Assembly (NCBI GenBank): GCA_016699105.1
Contig: CP064960.1
Location: 593,034-657,033, forward strand
Source: a bacterium
GTDB taxonomy: Bacteria > Patescibacteriota > Saccharimonadia > UBA4664
DNA: 64,000 bases
Direction: 5' to 3'
Part shown: positions 59,066 through 64,000 of the stretch, piece by piece
How the letters are laid out: the number at the start of each line of letters is the position of its first letter
Position numbering within the stretch: position 1 is the first letter of the stretch
Notes under the pieces: generated by a model
Databases searched by the model: none
Told to the model about the DNA's origin: nothing
The model's input: the letters and a program-made list of their open reading frames with translations, nothing else
Made by a program: the position numbers and the translations under genes

Positions 59066-61356
59066 TTAGCCTATCAAGGGAAGTTGTTTTGCAATCGGTA
59101 TCGTAAACGAGAATTTGCTTCCCTTACCTTCTGCTGATGTTGCCCAAATGCGTCCATTATGACTCTCGACTAAGCTTTTGACGATATACAATCCTAAACC
59201 CGTTCCGCCAGCCTGGACACTCAAAGGGTTGTAGATTCGGCCAAATTTTGTAAATAGACGATTGATTTGAGATTTGTTGATTCCCACACCGTGGTCAGAA
59301 ATAGTTGTAAGGAGATTATCCCCTGGACTTTGCACGTAATATCAACTTCAGTACCGTTGGGTGAATATTTGATGGCGTTGTCAATGAGATTGAGTATTAT
59401 TTGATGAAGTCTGGTTTCATCTGCTAAAACGAGTGGTAATCGGCTACGTCGACGAATATTGATGAGTACTTGCTTAGCAGCGCCTTTGGCTGCAAGTTCG
59501 GCGACAACTTCATTGACGACAGCGTCCATTGAGATTGGCGCAATGGTGAGGCTGATTTTGCCAGATTCGATATATGTTGCATCCATAAGATCTTCGACCA
59601 AATCGATCATACGTTGATTGCTTTGGTAGACTCGGCTCAAATAATGAAATTGTTTGGCACTGAGTTCGCCGAAGTCTTGCTTAAGCGTCATTGATAGAAA
59701 TCCTTTGATCGCAGTGAGCGGCGTGCGTAGCTCGTGAGATACTATTGAAATAAAATCTGATTTAATTTCTTCTACTTCACGGTCTTTGGTGGTATCACGG
59801 ATAATAGCTATGCCGGAGGTGACTACATCCGAATCGTCAAAAATGGGCGAATAGCTAATTTCAGTCCAAATGCGGTTACCAAGTCGATTTTCGATAAGCT
59901 GTTCACTATTTGTGATAGTCGTGCCTGTTTTTAGTACTTGCTCAAGGGTTGGTATGCCGGCGTTGGCTGTTTCTGGGCCGACTGTTTTGATCACCTTTCC
60001 GAATGCCTTGCCAATGGCATCGGTTGCTTGATATCCAGTAATAGTTGTCGATGCCGGGTTGAAGCCAACAATGGTCCCCTTCTGGTCGAAAATAACTATA
60101 CCTTCTTCGGTAAATCGAAAGACTGCTTCCCAGCGTTCACGACGGGCATTGACGTCGTTGTACAGGGTGGCATTCTCGCAAATGACGGCTAAACGTGTGG
60201 CTGCTAAACGTAATAGCCGTAAGTCATGGTCATCATAGGTATGCTCACGACTAACGATAATTACACCTAAGCTTTTGGAATGATGAATAATTGGCAGCGC
60301 AAGACTTGCTTTTGAAGTATCGATGGTTATGATCGGTTTACGACCAGCGAAAGCTTGAGTAACTACATGGTGCTGGTTCAACGAAAATGTACTTGGTAAA
60401 TGTGAAGTTTGATTGTGGTTTGACGCTAGCTGTAGTAGTTGTTGGTTTGGCTCATAAATGTAAATTCCGACTGATGTTGAATCAAGTAAATTGGCGATTT
60501 TTTGGACATACTTTTGATAGATACTATCTAGATTGAAACCTACTATAGCTGAAAGTTCGGCCAGCTGTGACAACTCACGCAAGTGTCGTTGCGCTTTCGT
60601 AGCCATTGCTCCCGCTTCGATGGTTTTGTCGGTGAGGGCAGTGACATCTCTAGCGGCTGCCATCGCGCCAATAACTTCATTATTTATGACGACTGGGCCA
60701 AATGACACTTGGATATGGCGTCCGGTGTCGATTATATCCAGATACAGAACTGATCGTTGTCCGAGCATGACTCGTTCTAGTATTTCCCGAACTTCAGTGT
60801 CAAAGGCAACTTGATGTGCCGAAGTTGTTCGCGTAAAAATAGGTAATCCTACAGGTGACTGATTGATGTCAAATACAATTTGCCATTCTGTATTCGCCTC
60901 GACGACTATACCTTGTTTATCAACCATAACTACGCCATCTTGGAGGTGGTTTATCATTGTTGTCAGTTTTAACTTTTCCAAGTAAAGCGGCGTAATATCG
61001 TGAACAGCAATGACTACAGTTTTTTGTTGCTCATCAGAACTCATGTATTGGCTCATTTGGGCTTCATAGTGTAAACCTGGTGATTGTGTTTGAGAAAAAG
61101 AACAACTACTTACTTGGCCCTTGAACGCTAGGTCTATACATTTTTCGGCCGCTTTGATATCGATTTTTAGATCGGCATTTTGCGAGATACTAGCGAAATC
61201 TGGGTGTTTTCTTAGTCCAGAAGTAGTTAGATCCCATATCTGGCAGGCAGCTGGATTGGCATAAACAACTTGTTTGTGAACATCAACGATCAGTATGCCG
61301 TCGCGAAGCGTACTGGCAAGGGATTGATCGGACAAATTAAGCTTGTTTTTAGCCAT
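59066..61356 (-). CDS. Sensor histidine kinase with PAS/GAF-type sensory domains, split by a single-base deletion in a G/C-run (59310-59313)
   Basis: H-box SHELRTPLTAIKGF and N-box LNLIDNAIKYSP. The G1/G2 boxes (DHGVGI, GGTGLGLYIVKSLVESHNG) are in the downstream ORF. Adding one G gives KVQGDNLLTTISDHGVGI. Confidence 0.8.
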
Positions 61357-61412
61357 TAGCCACCTTCCTCCTCTTACCCTAGCATCTGGCGGCTGCTTAA
61401 CTCAAGATTCGA

Positions 61413-62102
61413 CTATGGAATAATGCGGGATTGCGTCAGGATTTCATTAAATTGGCTGGCGTAGTTTTTATTTTCGGAATTGAATAAAATCACTTTGTCA
61501 CGAACTGGCACGATGACCTGTCGGATCGTTTTCTTGTCGCTAAAGGTACCGGTAACGTCAAAAGCCGGCAATCCAGATACTGTGGTGACCGATTTTTTGA
61601 GCTTGCCATTTTTGACCTGGGAATCAATAGTGCCCATAAATTGGTTTTGAGTTTGTTCGAGTAGAATAATGCGGGCAGCATTTGGTTCGGCGGCCGAGTT
61701 GGTGGTTTTGACAAACTCGGGATTAAGTTGCAAGTTTACTTGGGTACCAGATGATTTTTCTTCGACAAAGCTCGCCCAGCTTTTGGGAAACTTGACTTCA
61801 AATGAGCCAAAAGATACGGGGGCGGTGTACGAGCGATAGGGGTTTTCAGCTTGCAGAGTGTAGGCTGCATCATCGGCTTCTTTTTGCTCGGCTTTAGCGG
61901 CGGTGACGGCGTCGGTGACTTTACTGATTAAAGTTTTTTTGGCTTCGGTGGCTTGGCTATAAAACAGGGCAGCCATGATGCCAAATACCATGGTTCCTAG
62001 ACCAAACAGGATTGCTACGATCAAGGTAACCGGCGGTCCCGACTTTTTGGGTGCCATGGCTTGAAATAAAGGGCTTGGTGGTGGTGCTTGGGTAGGAGGC
62101 AT
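61413..62102 (-). CDS. Membrane-anchored hypothetical protein (Pro-rich N-terminus, single TM, extracytoplasmic domain)
   Basis: TM PVTLIVAILFGLGTMVFGIMAALF. No recognised motif. Confidence 0.45.
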   Translation of the reverse strand: MPPTQAPPPSPLFQAMAPKKSGPPVTLIVAILFGLGTMVFGIMAALFYSQATEAKKTLISKVTDAVTAAKAEQKEADDAAYTLQAENPYRSYTAPVSFGSFEVKFPKSWASFVEEKSSGTQVNLQLNPEFVKTTNSAAEPNAARIILLEQTQNQFMGTIDSQVKNGKLKKSVTTVSGLPAFDVTGTFSDKKTIRQVIVPVRDKVILFNSENKNYASQFNEILTQSRIIP

Positions 62103-62148
62103 ATAATAACTGTTTAAAACAGACCTTATTACTGCTTATGCTACTAGA

Positions 62149-62652
62149 CTACCTGGACTTTGGCAATTGGGCTGGAAATTGGTAGACGGCTGATGTGGCA
62201 TTTTGCCTGATTGGTTTTGACTCTGGTAGTGCAAACACATATGAGACAACCAACGTTGGTTGGGTAATGTCACGGCGTAGTTTTTGTTCGAGTTTGGGCA
62301 TATAGCGAGCAATGAGAAAGACGTATATGGCGTCGGCCGGTGGCAACTTGATCTGCCAAAAGTTAGCCAGATGGATGGTGACGAGCGTACGGTAACGCCA
62401 GCAGACTATTCTCGAAATAATGACCAGTAATGGGTTAATCTCATACCCGATTCCGCGAATACCCTGCTTGGCAGCAGCAAATAATAACCGGCCGTCACCG
62501 GAACCAAGATCAATAATGGTTTGGCCGGGTTTTAGATTGGCGAGGGCAAGTAATTGGCGACGGTCACTTGCCAGAATTGGAAGGTATGGTGCCCCGAGCC
62601 AGGCTCCAAGACCGAAACTAGCAACTAAGGCCAAAATGATAAACGGCCACAT
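62149..62652 (-). CDS. Class I SAM-dependent methyltransferase with N-terminal TM helix
   Basis: Motif I IIDLGSGDGRLL and post-I acidic residue (GYEIN). Confidence 0.6.
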   Translation of the reverse strand: MWPFIILALVASFGLGAWLGAPYLPILASDRRQLLALANLKPGQTIIDLGSGDGRLLFAAAKQGIRGIGYEINPLLVIISRIVCWRYRTLVTIHLANFWQIKLPPADAIYVFLIARYMPKLEQKLRRDITQPTLVVSYVFALPESKPIRQNATSAVYQFPAQLPKSR

Positions 62653-62669
62653 ATCGTTAATAAATCTAC

Positions 62670-62933
62670 CTAAAATAGGTTAGTTTGGTCATCGGTATCA
62701 CTGTCGGACGGTTCGACTACAGTTTCGTTGGGTTCAGTAGTGTAGCGAGCGCGAATCTTTTCGACCCGGTTTTCGACTAACTGCAGATGTTGACGCAATT
62801 CTTGAGCCAGCTCCATCCCCCGTTCAAATTTGGCAATGCCTTGATCGAGGTCGGCGTCACTGGATTCAAACCACGAAGTTATTGATTCGAGTTCGGCGAG
62901 ATGTTTGCTAAATTCGTAGGGTTTGGGACTCAT
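62670..62933 (-). CDS. xseB: Exodeoxyribonuclease VII small subunit
   Basis: 87 aa, helical, FESSDADLDQGIAKFERGMELAQELRQHL. Overlaps xseA by 4 nt. Confidence 0.8.
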   Translation of the reverse strand: MSPKPYEFSKHLAELESITSWFESSDADLDQGIAKFERGMELAQELRQHLQLVENRVEKIRARYTTEPNETVVEPSDSDTDDQTNLF

Positions 62934-64000
62934 GTGGTAACCTCGGCTGATAGCTGATCTTCGGCTAATTGTATCATGATTGCATCGCCAGGCTTGAGAT
63001 TACGGGCCGATGTGAGGATTTTGTTGTGATGTCGAACAATAGCATAGCCGCGCTTGAGGACTGCTTGGGGATTGTAGCCGGCTAACAGTTGGGTTTTGTG
63101 ATCGAGCTGCCGTCGATAATCGGTAATGAGTCTATCAATTGTAGACAAACGGGCCGCCTGCATGTTGAGCTGCATGAGTCTGGACTGACGTTGACGGTTG
63201 AGTATATCCAAACTGTGCCAAAGCCTGACTTCGGCGGTTTGAACGCGTTGACGCGGCAGTTTGAGGTAATGTTCTAGCCGAAGTAATGACTGATCGAGCT
63301 GATGGCGCTTAAGATTAATCAGGCTGTGTAAGCTGTGTGTATTCCTGGTTGCCAAGCTCGAAATTTGAGCCAGAACTTCATGGCGGTCCGGTACTACAAT
63401 GCGCGCGGCATCAGTAGGCGTGGCCGCCCGGACATCGGCCGCATAGTCGGCCAGCGAGAAATCAATCTCATGACCCACGCCCACAATGGTCGGTGTGCGG
63501 CTGGCAGCTACGGCTCGGGTGACGGGCTCAGTCGAGAAAGCCATGAGGTCTTCTAGGGAACCACCGCCTCTGATAATGACTAAAACATCGGGCGGGTTGG
63601 GTGAATGATTGAATGTTTCGATAGCCGTCACAATCTGGTCGGGTGCCGTTTGACCTTGGACCGTAACGTCTACTAGCTGTATGGTCAACCCGCCCCAACG
63701 GGTCGCCAAAATTTTGCAAAAATCAGCGTAAGCAGCGCTCGTTGAGCTGGTAATGAGCCCAATTGTTTGAGGGAATTGGGGTAATGGTCGTTTGCGGGCT
63801 GGATCAAATAAGCCTTCAGTGGTTAATTTGGCTTTGAGCAGCTCCATAGCTCGTCGTAAATGGCCTTCACCTGCCAGCTCATAGCTTTTGACGGTTAAGG
63901 AAAACTTCGAGAATTTGCCTAGTTTAGGTGTGCCGGTTAGGCGGACTTTCATGCCATCCTCTAATGGCAGTTTCAGTGCATAGACCATCATGAAACAATT
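62930..64000 (-). CDS. xseA: Exodeoxyribonuclease VII large subunit (5' end beyond the window)
   Basis: Catalytic and coiled-coil regions present. The first visible residues (VYALKLPLEDGMKVRLTG) are the end of the N-terminal OB fold, so the gene continues past 64000. Confidence 0.8.
   Translation of the reverse strand, partial: NCFMMVYALKLPLEDGMKVRLTGTPKLGKFSKFSLTVKSYELAGEGHLRRAMELLKAKLTTEGLFDPARKRPLPQFPQTIGLITSSTSAAYADFCKILATRWGGLTIQLVDVTVQGQTAPDQIVTAIETFNHSPNPPDVLVIIRGGGSLEDLMAFSTEPVTRAVAASRTPTIVGVGHEIDFSLADYAADVRAATPTDAARIVVPDRHEVLAQISSLATRNTHSLHSLINLKRHQLDQSLLRLEHYLKLPRQRVQTAEVRLWHSLDILNRQRQSRLMQLNMQAARLSTIDRLITDYRRQLDHKTQLLAGYNPQAVLKRGYAIVRHHNKILTSARNLKPGDAIMIQLAEDQLSAEVTT

Noticed and set aside
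1-64000. CRISPR arrays, rRNA genes, transposases, integrases and phage structural genes
   Set aside because: No regularly spaced direct repeats of 25-40 nt were seen by eye. No rRNA-like conserved stretches. No DDE, HUH or tyrosine-recombinase signatures among the ORFs.

Overview
This 64-kb window looks like a small-genome bacterium with a Gram-positive-like cell envelope, roughly 49% GC, most likely a Patescibacteria/CPR (Saccharibacteria-like) organism. That placement is an inference from gene content and synteny only. Gene order is: a cell-surface protein cluster (two tandem paralogous secreted proteins, a DUF916-like anchored protein, a PKD-domain anchored protein); parA-parB; lepB; an LCP-family protein; htrA; a prmC / SpoU methyltransferase / prfA operon; a GC-rich (~60%) two-gene cassette of unknown function inserted between prfA and rpmE; a lipoprotein; rpsB-tsf-frr-uppS-rseP, a CPBP protease, then proS (after a T-box-like leader), with no pyrH, cdsA or dxr; a GATase1 / M20 peptidase / ATP-grasp trio; mreBCD-mrdA; greA; class-I lysS; a CxxC protein; serS; hpf-secA; murD with an overlapping PP-loop ATPase; an M16 peptidase; a dcw cluster (mraZ, rsmH, ftsL, ftsI, mraY, ftsW, murG, ftsQ) with no ftsA/ftsZ after ftsQ; a large VirD4/TraG-type type-IV coupling ATPase with a sigma-70-region-4 HTH protein; galU, a YvcK-like gene, glyQS, recO; a receiver-only response regulator plus a PAS/GAF histidine kinase; xseB-xseA (xseA runs off the window end). 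No rRNA, tRNA, CRISPR array or transposase was found. The most striking technical pattern is about 18 single-base frameshifts, nearly all one-base deletions inside homopolymer runs (one at a duplicated tcaacg repeat, one unresolved), that split essential genes (secA, glyQS, ftsI, mrdA, ftsW, ftsQ, lepB, mraZ and others). This is almost certainly an uncorrected assembly indel artifact rather than pseudogenisation. The most interesting biological candidates are the GC-rich two-gene island with its own promoter and palindromic operator, the csc-like surface cluster, the putative T-box leader on proS, MraZ operator repeats, and the murD-coupled PP-loop enzyme. Coordinates I derived by manual counting may be off by 1-2 nt.
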